A stretch of 55,810 nucleotides of DNA, taken from assembly GCA_010093815.1 (NCBI GenBank), contig ML996572.1, one strand, 5' to 3'. Shown piece after piece: positions 38,457 through 51,429 of this stretch. Position 1 is the first letter of the stretch. Every line of letters begins with the position of its first letter. Origin of the DNA: Pseudovirgaria hyperparasitica. Taxonomy: Eukaryota. The position numbers were made by a program, and so were the translations under genes. Below the pieces are notes generated by a model. That model ran no database searches. It was not told the DNA's origin and worked only from the letters and a program-made list of their open reading frames with translations.

Positions 38457-41400
38457 TAGAATAATTAGTACTAGTTATTCTCTTAATACTAATTAGCTTA
38501 CTAGTACTACTTATTTACTATATACTAATCACTCTCATAGAATAAATAGTATATAGTATTTTAGCTTCTCTATCTACTCTACCTACTCTATCTACTCTAT
38601 ATACTCTATCTATTTTAATAGAAGTCTCTTTTCTAAAGTAATATCTTTATCTAAAGTATCTCTATAACTCTATATATCTTATTATTTTAAATTATATCTT
38701 TAGTATATTTAATTATAGTCTTTAAATTTAATACTAGAAAGATAGTATATAATAGAGAGTAGAGGTTAAAAATTAATTAGACTAGGAACTTAAATTAAAT
38801 AGTACTATTCTAAGCTCTCTCCGACTATATAGCTATAATAAAATATAGTAGACCTTTCTTTCTTCTATCTTTAGAAGGTATCCTTTATCTATTAAAAGAT
38901 ATTCTTATCTAGAACTATCTTTAATAACCTTTTCTTCTACTAGATACTTCCCTCTATATTTCTAGTTACTATTTTTATTCTCTTTTATATTATCTATTCG
39001 GCCTCGTGGTAGTCTATATAGTTCTCTAGCTATATACTAATATCCGACTTCTCTTAAAAGTATATACTCTTTATATATAGATTAAAGACCCGACTTAAAC
39101 GTCCGCTACTATCTAACTTTATTTTAATTTAAGTATTAGTCGGGGTAGATAGACTACTAGTTAAGGTAGCTATAACTAGAGATAATAAGTTAGTAATAGA
39201 CTTATTTATACTATATATATATATATATATACTATTATTTACTATTCCTATAGTTACTTAGAGTAGATCTATACTTAATATCTAAGATAGTATAATCTTA
39301 TCCGTAGCTACTACTAGTAGTATAGAACTCTTATCTATATCTAATAGTATATAAGATAATTTAAGGTACTTATCTAACTAGTTTAGAGTATCTAACTTAT
39401 TCTTTTTATAGTAGTTAGTATCTATATAGCCTCTATAACTTTAGTATATACTTATATTATCTAATAGCTTAGACTCCTTACTCTTATCTAAGTTATCTAT
39501 ATTTACTTTAGAGAAGTTATCTAGGTTATCTTTATATAGATTTATATATATAGTATCTAGGTTAATTAGTATTAGTACTATAAATACTAATACTATTAGT
39601 AATTTTTAAATATAGTTAATATAGTAGGGCGCCTAGTTCGACTATATTAGGCTTAGCGCTTACTATTTCTCTATATAATTTAGTATATAATTAGATAAAA
39701 GTATATATATATATCTAGTATTAGTAGAGAGTATACGAATCTATAGTAACTAAAGAATAAGTTTAGTATCTACCCGCTACTATATTTATTAAGGGCATGC
39801 CTTATTATAATATATATAATAGTAATTATAGATAGTAGGATTAGTTGGAATATACTACTATAGTACTCCTTTAATCTAAGGAATCTTAGAGACTATAGTA
39901 GAACTAACTTTAGAGCCTTAATTACTACTAGCTCTATAAATATTTTCCGAGTTATACTAGTATTATACTAATAATTAGTAATACGTCTAATATAATATAA
40001 GTAATATACCTTTACTTCTATATACACGTTATTATATATTAGATTACTTATACTAGCTTTTCTCTTCTTAGCTATCTCCTAGTCCTAGTATTTAGATACT
40101 ATCTATCTAACTCTAGAGAGAAGTTAGTAATAGAAGTCTATTATATCTTCCTTTACTAGCGTAATAATATAGATAGAAGATATATTTTATAAATTATAAT
40201 TAAGGTAGTAGCTACTAAGATTAATATCTCCGGCGGCTATCTAGACTAATTATACTAGTATTCTAAAACTATCTAGGCTACTATCTAGCTATATATTAAG
40301 GCGATTAAATACTAGTAGTAACCGGTCTAAAAACGTTATAGCGATTAAAATCTCTATTATTATAAGGTACTAGTCTCGTTTATAAGGCTAGAGACTATCT
40401 CTATAGGACCGCCTCTTTTTACGGATAGTTAATTCTCTCTCTACTACTATTTCTCTATCTTCTTCTATTAAGCTAGATAGCTAATATAGTAGAGAAGAGG
40501 ATATAAGACCGTAGTATCTCTAGTTACTATTATAGTAGAATATTACCGTAATATCTAAGCTATATAGGGCGTTACTACTATATTCGTTACTAGTATACCT
40601 AGACTACTAGTTTATTAGTAGATAAATAAATATATTAAGATAAGCTAGGTATATATATATATATATTTTATATTAATAGCTATTATATAAGTCTCTATTA
40701 TTAATACTAATACGTGTCTACGTTATATCGTATCTTCGTTTATCTATCCCGTTTAGTTTACTATAGTTACTAGATTATCTTCTATTAGTATTACCGCTAT
40801 AGTAGCTAGATAGCTCCTTAACCGTCTTCTATATTAGAGGTTCTATAGAGAAGATATATAAGAGATTAGTAGATATTTTTATTAGCTATAGGTTGGTAAT
40901 CTACTAGATAATAATATTAGATAGCGGGATAATAACTAGCTAGTAGATATAATAAAGGTTTAGACATAGACTAATATAGTATTTTATATAGACGCGTGAT
41001 ACTTACGTATTATTATTAATAATTTTATATAAGCGTATATAGAAATTAAGGGGCTAAGAGCTAGGTAGAAGTCGGGGGCTAGTAGGTATATATTAGGCTT
41101 TCGACGGGCTTACACCTAACTTCTTCTAGTATATACCTAGAATATCCACCGTATACTATATTATTACTATCTACTAATAATTATACTATAGTATTTTTCC
41201 TTTATAGTAACTATACCTTAAGATACTATAGACCGTAGTCTTCTACTAATACTATAGTAGAAAGATTAGTAGTATATATTATATAATCCGTAGATACTAT
41301 AACTCGGAACCGTATAGATGAGCATAGCTTACTATATTACTATTATTATTATAACTATTAGGCCCGTGGCTACTACTATTAACTAGGTTATAGCGCGGCT

Positions 41401-41989
41401 TTAGTACTTATAGTTATATTAGTTAATAGAACTCTTTAGTTTACTCTATTAGTATTAAGCCGCTAAGTATTAATTAGAAGTCTAAGTCTATAGAATTAGA
41501 TACTTCTACTACTAATATAGCCCTATATAAAGATACTACTATATTCTCTAATTATATTTTAGACCTAGAATCTATAGAGAGCGTTACTAGTAGCTATAGT
41601 ACTAATTTAGTATATTAGTCTAATATATATAGTAGAAATACTATAACTATAGCGACGAGGGCGTCTAGTACTATATATTTAATAAAAACGTTCGAAGAAG
41701 AGAGCGGTATATATATTCTAGTAGACTAGAGTAGATATAATAATCCGTCTAACGTAAGTATATATAGTCTATTATTATAGTAGTAACTAATTTAGTAGGT
41801 CTAATTCGGTTAATTTAATAGTAAGTTTATAGAGCGCCTTATAATATAGATAAATTGGTTTAGTATTTTAAATATAGTATACGATAAATTAACTACTATC
41901 CTTAAATAGACTTCCGCTATACTCTCTAACCTTTTTATACTAAAATCTAATATTATATATAAGTAGTTATTATACTACTCTAAAGGGAT

Positions 41990-44549
41990 ACCGTATGAAA
42001 GTTAGTAGCGTAGCTACGATATATTTAGTACTACTATAGTTAAATACTAGTATAGGGATCCGCTTACGTTAGTAGAATTCCTTCTTAGATACTAACTATT
42101 TACTAGTAAGCTTATATTTAAGCTAGTATAATAATTTACTAGTTTAGGTAACCGGGTATATAGTAAAGCCTATATAGTAGATAGTTAGTAGAATATATAT
42201 ACTACTATTCCGGACGGTATCTTTATCGTCTCTATTATTTTATCTTTAGATAAGATAAATCTTACTAACTATAGTAGTAATAGAGTAGTATAGCTAGTCT
42301 ATCTATCTATTTATAATCTACTACTAAACGTCTGCTTATCTAGGAGTCTACTATTATTTCTACTACTTACTCTATTACTAGTAGTTAAGCTAGAAATAGT
42401 AGCGAATTACTTTATATTCTATTAGGTTATAAGTAAAGTTCTAGCCCGTATATCCACCTATAATAGAGTTATTAACTATACTAATTATTATATAGCGTTA
42501 TAGGCTATATAGAGTACTAGAGTATTAGTATTATATACTAATAGCGGCTCGCGTATATACTATCCGCGTTTAGCTTTATATATTATAGATTTTCTAGAGT
42601 AGGTACTTATTACGGGTATATTCTATTAGTATATATATCTAATATATATAGTCTCTAGTAATAGACGATAGTATCTATAAGAAGCTATTACTAGTATATA
42701 GGAGTTCTATATATACTTATTATTATAGGAATAGATTTACTATATATATCGTAAGTTAATAACTAATAGCTATAGTAGTAAGTATACTAGTAGTAAGATA
42801 GATAATAGAACGAGTATATCTAGTATCTTATTATTTTCGTTAATATCTTTCGCGCTAATAGTATAGGGCTATTATATTTACTAATTAGTTAAGAGTCGGT
42901 ATTCTAGTAGATAGATAGAGCCATTAGATAATTTCACCTAGTTACTTACTAGAGTTAATATATACCGCGCGGTTACTCCGGATATTCTATATTAACTATA
43001 TAAGGGTATATTAGAATATACGTTTAATTAGATAGTCTTATATATTATTAATTAAGAGTATATAGAATATAGATTAAAGGGTATATTTACTAGTATACCC
43101 TCTATAGAACGAGTAAAGAAGGCGATTAATAAGTAATTTGCGTCTATTAGGGTATTCGGTTATTATAACCTACTTATATATATAACTTTAGTAATATAAT
43201 AGATAGAAGCGATATTTAAGCGTATACTAGTAGTGTTTATAGTTACGTTTAAACCGCTCCTATATTATAATTAATACTTTCTAAGTATAGTACGGGCGGT
43301 TATTAATATATATATATTAGCGGCGTACTATATATATAATATATAGATACTAGTATACTTAGAGAAGGCTATATTACGCTTAGACGATCTAAAATACTAG
43401 TTTATACTATATCGTGGAGATAAATTAGAGGATAATTATTTTAACTTTCTAAAGTTCCATGCATTATCGCATCTAATTAATACTATTAAGTACTATGGTT
43501 CGTTATATCTAATATTGGTAGAGCTACTAGAGTAATCTTATATCGTAGTAAAGGAATTATATTAAGGTTTAAATAAGAGAGAGACGTTTCTATAGTAGAT
43601 ACTAGTAGTAGATACACGTATAACTAATACTAAAATCTCTAGTAGTATAGAGGTAGTAGCTAGTACTAGTATATTAGTGGCCCCTAGCCTAGAGTAGCTT
43701 AATAATATATATAAGCTAGTTGACTAGCGGTGTATTTTAAAGGATCTACGCTAGAGTAAATATATAATCTACGTCTTATAGAGCCATAGACTATCTATAT
43801 TCTACTAGACTACTATTAGCGACCTCTATAACGCGTATAGTAGTAGTTTTATATTACTTAATATGGTTACCCCCTTTATATATAACTATTATAATTAGCT
43901 TATTAGGGATAATATATTAAGAGAAGCGAATATTAAATATATTAAAAAGGACCCTTCGTAGATATAGGTTCTTTCTATCTATATATATAAGACTATATAC
44001 GTACTAATACGACTAGATAGAGATATATCTATAGAGACCTTTAATCTAGTTCGGGTAAGGTATACCCGTAACTAGTAAAAGAGTAGTAAGGCTAGGGAGG
44101 ATTATATATTAGTATAGAAGTTTAATAAGGGTAGTAACTACCTTAACGGGAAGCGGGTTAGTAAAGTCCGTATATTTCTAGAGATATATAATATAGAGAG
44201 TATTAACGTAACTAGTAGTATAGCGGCGCGATTTCTAGGTACGTTAGTTAAACTACTTAATAACTTAGATAGAGATAATATTAATACTATTAGTAGCCTT
44301 ATACTATTATATATAGTGGGTTAAAGGTTAGATAATAAGACTTATATAATAGATAGATTCCGTGTCTATAAGCTAGAGTATATTCTACGCTCTATATAGA
44401 TTATATTACGTTAGTTAGTTATAGATAGTTTATTCTAGTTAAATATATATAGTAATTAGGGGATCTATAACGAGGTATATAACCTAGACTTCTAGGCTAT
44501 AAATAGACGAAATATAACCGTAGCGTTAAAACATAGGCGCGTGTTATAA
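41990..44549 (+). pseudogene. RIP-inactivated Plavaka-family transposase (true start upstream, undefined)
   Basis: De-RIP reading gives YRDPLTLVEFLL (42051), NRVYSEA..DGWW, IILSSDKTNLTN..GD...WPVYLSI, CADG..R..YPRLA...DFPEQ, PDILHQLHKG (42978-43007), NFPKFHALSHL (43443) and C-terminal FWLN.YSDW..YN.VYDPDF, all hallmark Plavaka motifs. Confidence 0.85.
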
Positions 44550-44994
44550 GTCTATTACTATCTACTACCGTCTACTATAGTATACTAGTATATACTATTA
44601 TATAGCGGAAGTTATAGTTTATATATAGTAGTACTCGATAGTTATATTCTATACTAGGATATCTCTAAGGAACGATTATAGTTTATTATAATTAGTTCTA
44701 TAAAAGGCTTATATTTAATAACTATCTATAATTTTAGCCAAGGAGTATCTAGGGATATACCTTCTTATTACCTAATAATTACTAGCTAGTATAAAAACTC
44801 TACATCTCTAAAAAGAGTATATAGAACTTAAAGAATCCTTATTTACGGGTAGAACTAGATCTAGATAGTATTAATCTAAAATAGATAGATTATATATATT
44901 AATACTCTAAAATCCGAATTATATCTCTAGGTCTACTAGATCTAGCTCGTATCTAATTCTAATGTTTTCGTTATTTGCGTTTATACCTTATTAG

Positions 44995-45126
44995 ATACCG
45001 GGTATATAACGAGTCTATAGTTAAGTAAGTATCGGGTACGTAACGAGTCTATTAATAAACGAATGCCGGGTATATAACGAGTCTATATAAATAAGTATAA
45101 ATAAGTATATACTAGGTATATAACGC
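44995..45126. repeat. Short tandem repeat (~34-bp period, 3-4 copies) downstream of the Plavaka gene
   Basis: Recurrent (AT)RCCGGGTAYRTAACGAGTCTA at ~44995, ~45029, ~45063 and a degenerate copy at ~45110. Confidence 0.65.
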
Positions 45127-46385
45127 TCTTACTAGGGAAACGTCTTTCTTAAGTATCTCCCTCTTCTAATATTTCTTCTTCTCTTTCTTTATTCTTTCTC
45201 TAGCCTTATAAGTATAGTTAGACTTATATTACTATATTATTAATATATATATTCTTATATAGACCGTTAGAAACTACGGTAACTAGATGTATACTCTTAT
45301 AATAGATAAATATACTATACTAATACGTTATATTATTTGTGTTTAATATAAGGGTTTACTACTACGATCGTTTATTATTATACTCGTCTATCTCTTCTTA
45401 ATAATAGTACTAATTAATAGTAATCTATTATAGAGATAATAGTTAGTATTATATACTTCTCTTAAATATTTATATATTAATATTATATAAGTATATACTT
45501 CGTGGAGGTCCTCTATCCTTCTCTTAAGCTATCTAGACTATTCTCTAATTACTAAAAAACTCTTATATCTAACTATTTCTACTATTTATTCCTTAGTTCT
45601 ACTCGTTAGGCTTTAAACGATAGCGAACTATAATAGATTAGTAGTTATCTATATTTTATATACGCCGAGTTAGTATACCTAAATATAATAGATAATAGTA
45701 TATTTATAATAGTATATACTAGATCTTATAGTATTTCTCTTTAGTAGTAGATCTATATAGTTATAAAGATAGTCTACTATTCTATTATATCTATATACTA
45801 CGCTACTCTTTTATTATATATAGATAGTATTACTAGAGTAGAGCTATTACCTATTATACTTAATATTATATATAGAGTATTATATATTTAACATCGTTAT
45901 TTCACGTGCTCTATATTAGTACGGGATTAGATACTAGTTATATATTTCCCCGCCTCTATTAAATTAATAAGTTATTACTAATAACTATATAGACTACTTA
46001 CGTTAATATAGCTATAACGTACGTATTATACCTACGTCTATTATATAGAGTATATATATTATCTCTCTATTACCCTAGTAATATACTCTATTCTCTATTC
46101 CGTCTATCTATAGCCACGTCTAGCTAGTCATAAATAAATAGCTAAGTAGAAGCGAGTCTTAATATACTTTATATATTTAGGGCGTCTAATAGATAGAAAC
46201 TTTAGATATATATAGAAGAGTTAATTTAAGAGGAATTTACTAGTCTATTACTAAATCTACGTAGTAAGAAAGTAAAGGACTACTATATAAAATAAGAGCG
46301 TTGTCTCTAAATAGTCGTAGATAAATATATATTTATTAATAGTAGTTATACTATTTTATAGATAGATACTAATACTATTATTAAT

Positions 46386-46494
46386 AAAAAAACTTCTTTT
46401 ACATCCCCAAGAGGCCAACTTGGTCCATTCGGGGTAATATAGCGAGATATACACCTCAATCGATAGAGTATACCGAGTACACTAACTACTACTA
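46386..46494 (+). repeat. Repeat A copy 3 (least mutated), inside the 5' end of the LINE insertion
   Basis: AAAAAAACTTCTTTTACATCCCCAAGAGGCCAACTTGGTCCATTCGGGG...GAGTATACCGAGTAC followed by a short (CTA)n tail. Confidence 0.8.
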
Positions 46495-46624
46495 TACGCA
46501 CGTACGTGCAGCGTCGAAACCAAGACGTTATCGCCGTGCAAAGATATATATATACCCTCTTAAAATCCTCACGGAGACAGAGGCACGGACCACGCTACTA
46601 GAACGCCGACACGCCGACCCCCTT

Positions 46625-46655
46625 TTATTAGTTAAGGGTAGCCCTTAACTAATAA
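46625..46655. repeat. 31-bp palindrome 1 (15-bp arms) immediately before LINE ORF1
   Basis: TTATTAGTTAAGGGTAGCCCTTAACTAATAA; one C>T RIP change relative to copy 2. Confidence 0.95.
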
Positions 46656-46657
46656 AT

Positions 46658-48106
46658 ATGGCGGCCTTAGGCACCGATATACCCCGGCATATACTAGATA
46701 TACCCCTACCGGTACGATAGAAAAGGCCATATAGCGATATTACTAAGGGTAGCTATATACCTATCTAAAACGTAGAATACACCTAAAGGCGCACGCCGCT
46801 ATAGATAGGCGGAATAAAGGGGACCCCGAGAGGGGAAACCCTCCTAGATCGCATTAACTACTAGGTAGCACGTATAGAGAAGGAAGCCGGAGAGGGCTAG
46901 AAGACCCTCCTATATATGTTCTAGAATCTTATCTAGAATCTAAGGGGAATTACGGAGAAGGAGAAGAAGATATAACTAGAAGGACCGGAGGGTAGGCTCG
47001 ACCGAATAGAGGCTAGCCTACGTAGAATCTAGGAGGAACTCACTTAAGGTAAGCGCCCTAGTATATAGGCATAAATAGTAGTAATACCGGAAGCTATACT
47101 ACGGGCCCCCCGGACCAGCGACGTGGCGTATAGTATACGCGTCGTAATCTAGGATAAGGACACCCTAGAATAGGTCTAGCAAGCATCCCTAAAGGACATA
47201 GTAAGTAAGATTAACGAATAAAAGGGAATATAGTTAAATATCATCGCTACTAAACTCACGCTAGGAGGAGTAGTACTTACTATGATAACGAATATCGTGT
47301 AGTAGACTATCTCGCGCGATCCGAACGCGATTAGTAGTATCTTCCTAGGCGCCTCTATTAGGGCGGCTATATACCTAATATAGGTATACTTAGTACCCGT
47401 GCGGGGATAGGCTATCGGAGCGGAGGATATTACGTGTATAGAATAATCTAACACGCGAAAATACCTAGGGATTAAGATCGTGAAAGCGTGGTAGAAGAAT
47501 CCATAGGCGATTAAGACGACGGCGAAAAAATACTCTACTATAATTATAGAGCTCCGAGACCCCGCCCTCGTATAACGTATTATATAGGAGGGATTCCTAG
47601 TAGAAGGAGAGCTCCTCATGGCCGAGCTATAGAATAGAGTATAGGTAATGACATAGTACTTTAACTATTAAGGGTATGGATATACTATATAAAGGTACTT
47701 ATAGAAGACTAAGTGCGGATGGTACCGTGGGGACCACGCTACCTAGGAGTGCCCTTATGAACCGCGAGGAGAAGGGCTAAGAAATAGGGATATAGTATAG
47801 TGTTTAAACTACGACGGGAAACACCCGTCGTGGTCGTTAACGTGCATAAAACGCAAATAGGTCATAGAATACATTCGCACGATAAAAGCGAGAGACGTAA
47901 GATGGTTATAGAACATGATACCTACCTCGGGCCCTTCCTTTATAACACCCCTAACCTCCCCTCTAGAAGGTAGTTAGGCGGGATAGTAGATTATCCCGAA
48001 GACGATGGGACGACTAAAAGGTATAGTTAAAGCCGCTGCCGCGTGAGGACAGTCGCGCCTCCGAGGAATAAGCATGTAGGTATATATACTCTCTAGTACC
48101 TAATAA
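46658..48106 (+). pseudogene. LINE ORF1 (gag-like, CCHC zinc knuckles), RIPed
   Basis: ATG at 46658 is in frame with de-RIP CFNCQGYGH....C..KTKCGWCRGDHATQEC (from ~47657) and a third knuckle CLNCDGKHPSWSLTC. Confidence 0.8.
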
Positions 48107-51100
48107 GGGACTAGAATATACTCCGAATTATATAGGTAAACGTATAATATAAAAGAGAGAACCAGGCGACACTCCTCGAAGAGACCGGGGCCATAATACT
48201 CGCTATCTAGGAACCCTATAAACACTACCAGACGAGTAAACCAACCACACACCCCGGATACCATACTATACACCCTCTAGGACTAGAAAGATGAGTCCTC
48301 TTCTATATTCATAGATTAATACTACTCTTATTATAGTCGTATACCGAGCGCGATAACCTTAGGATAACACTACACCTATAAATAGATATAGGCCCCCTAT
48401 ATATATATAATATATATAACTAATAACGTGTACTTACACTAGACGAGATGCTCGAGGGTACTACGGAACCAGGGTAACACATCCTCCTAGGAGACTTTAA
48501 TCTCTACCACTGATAGTAGGGAGGCCTAGCCGTGGTTAGGGAAGAACTTAGAGTAAGGGAACTACGTACCCGCTACCACGACTTCCTATACCTACTCACA
48601 CCTATAGAATAAGTTATATGGAAAAAACATAAATAGGACGAAGACGGGTCTATGCTTAACCTTACCTTCACCACGGAGTATATTAGTTATCGGATCTAAT
48701 ACTACCGCCTAGGCTAGGTATAGACGGATTCCGACCACGAATACATAGAAACCGTAATAAACGTGTATACCCCGAATGAATAACGGGGACGATAGATATA
48801 GAAGGACACCGACTAGGAAAAGTACCTAAAGGACCTAGAATCGGCGATCTCAGATCCCTCTATAGTCGATATATCTAATAACCTAGCTATAGACCAGGCC
48901 GTATAGACACTCCTATAAACATACTAGAATACGAGAAATAAACACGTACTATACCGAATATACTAGCCCCCGGAAGCAAAGGGGATTCCTCGAGTACGGG
49001 AAAGTAGATAAGACGCCCGAAGGCTATATAGACGCGTATACTATACGAGAACACCCGAGTCGTAGGAAGAATAGAAGGAAGCGATATAATAACGCGATAA
49101 AGTCCTCCGTAACGAAAGGCGTAAATAGTAGCGTATAATTACTAGTTAATAGACACGACACGTAATAGGGCTATAGCGTATAGCGAAATGGGCCAAGGGC
49201 GTAGACACTCCGATACCCCTACTACTTATGCCTCCCCTAATATATTAGGGGAGAACATACTCCACGAGCCTTAAGAAAACTAAGGCCCTACGGGAGGCCA
49301 TGTTCCCTCTCCCGGAACTAGTAGACCTATTAGACGTTCACGACGCCGAATACCTATATATAGTAGATATCCCCGAAGAAGTTACGGAGGAGGACATACT
49401 TAATATTATTAAGACACTCCCAAATGACAAAGTACCCGGACCAGATGGAATTCCAAATCGATGCCTAAAAAGAACTATAAAGGCGACCCTACCGCTTATT
49501 ACTTGTATATTCTAAGCATGCGTCACGTAGGGGTACCACCCCTAGTGCTTCCGAGTCGCCTATACTATTATACTCCCGAAACTAGGAAAGAGCTCTAACT
49601 CCCTAAAGGGATAGAGACCAATCGCCCTTCTCTCCTACCTAGGTAAGATACTAGAGACTATAATAGCGAAGAAGATAAGTACCGCGGCATAGGAACATAA
49701 TCTCCTCCCTCCGAACCAGAAGGCAAAGATAGATAGCTCCCTAATAACAGCTATCTAATATATTATCGAAGTCGTCTAGGCCGCATGGAAGTAGGGACGG
49801 GTAGTATCGCTCCTCTCCCTCGATATGGCCGGAGCGTTTAATAAGGTAAACCATATAAGACTTATTCATAACCTCTAGATAAGACGAATACTAGAATGGA
49901 TTATACGCTTCATATAGTCATTCCTCACAGGAAGAACAACTTAGATACATATCCCTAGATACTAAAGTAAATACAAAGAGACGGTATACGGCATCCCATA
50001 AGGGAGCACCATCTCTCCGATCCTATTTCTCTTCTTTACGGTAGACCTTCTTTAAGGAATAAAGTATATAGAGGCAGTCGGATACGCCGATAATATATAC
50101 CTCCTAGCTATTAATAATAATACTAACCAAACGTATAGAAGACTAGAATAGGACCACGAGAGGTGCCTCTAGTAGGTAAAATACCACGGAGCAAAGTTCG
50201 CCCCGGAGAAATACTAGCTCATGTACTTTATTAATCGTTAAGGGAAATAGGTAACTAGGGAAGGCGAATAACGCCCCCGAATCGACGCATTTAACGAACT
50301 ACTAGTATAAAGCATGCGCGCGCTCGGAGTCATACTAGATAGCAAGCTTAAATAGGGACTATAAGTAGTATACGCCGTCTCTAGGGCCCTCTAGGTAGAA
50401 GCCGCCATATAACGGATTACAGCCTCCACGTAGGGAACCGCCCGGGATAAGGCACGCCAGCTATATATATCTATAGTACGACCCGCCTTTACGTACGGAC
50501 ACGAGTGCTAGTACACGGCCCTTATATAGACTAGGCGAATGAAGCTCGAATCCATATAGAACCGTATACTCCGTCTTATATTAGGCGTATATAAAGCTAC
50601 TAACACGGTGCTACTACGACGCGAGATAGACGTTATAAGTATATATAACTTCTACTAGATATAGAGGGTAGTATACTTCACTAAATAATAAGTATAGGAA
50701 CGTATAGAAAACGTAGAATATACTTTCGCCGCGCTACGTGTACGAATTAGTATATATTACTACGTACTTCTATATATAGGCCGGAATCGAATACGGTATA
50801 GGTGCTTAATAGAAGCCGACTCTAGCTAAGTAGTATAAGAAGTCCGAGACAACCCGGACGCTCTCCTAGACCGGTAGAGCCTTTAAGAACTTGTGAAAAA
50901 CATGCGGTCGTGGACTTAAGATAAGTAGAAAGAGGCACTCCGTGCCCACTAGACCTCCTAGTAGGATAGATATCTAGAGTAGATTCAAGGGCCATAGAAG
51001 GAACCGAGTAAATGGATATATAAAGGGCTAACGAAAGCCTAAGTATCTATACTCATCTAAGCCCGAACGGGCGCTATGGGACTCCTATACTACCTCTATA

Positions 51101-51405
51101 AGAGAGGCGTCCCCGACGTGTCTCTATGGTATAAGGCGTGCGGCCGGAGAGGTATAATACGCCACTATCTAGCTATATACTCTAACCTCTATATATAACG
51201 GTAATGGCATATCTACGTTACGAAGACTTTAGATATTACACGATAGCTTAATAAGTACCCTAAGGACATCTCCTAATAGATGCTTATATATCTACTACTC
51301 CTCTAGTACTAGTGGACCCGGAAATATATACCGGAAGAGACCCGGCATACGCTAGTAGTAACCCGATATATACCGGAAGAACCCCGGGAGAACCCCAATT
51401 ATTAG
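48103..51405 (+). pseudogene. LINE ORF2 (APE endonuclease + reverse transcriptase), RIPed
   Basis: De-RIP motifs IQVNV, AIQEP, LLGDFN, DSDH, then KVPGPDGIPN (visible in ORF 49300-49515), RPIALLS.LGK, LDMAGAF, GIPQGS.ISPILF, GYADD. The frame at 48103, 49300 and 51391 is the same. Confidence 0.9.
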
Positions 51406-51429
51406 TTAAGGGCAGCCCTTAACTAATAA
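51399..51429. repeat. 31-bp perfect palindrome 2 overlapping the LINE ORF2 stop
   Basis: TTATTAGTTAAGGGC-A-GCCCTTAACTAATAA. The in-frame TAG of ORF2 is at 51403-51405. Confidence 0.95.

Noticed and set aside
40620..40650. Minus-strand AYLD-like sequence suggesting an LTR reverse transcriptase
   Set aside because: Only one Asp can be reconstructed (no YxDD) and no other RT motifs nearby.
46386..46620. HDV-like ribozyme, 5S rRNA or snRNA at the LINE 5' end
   Set aside because: Could not fit the nested double pseudoknot or match 5S/U-snRNA consensus by eye; left as an open test for Infernal.
47176..47619. 147-aa minus-strand ORF
   Set aside because: Antisense shadow of RIPed LINE ORF1.
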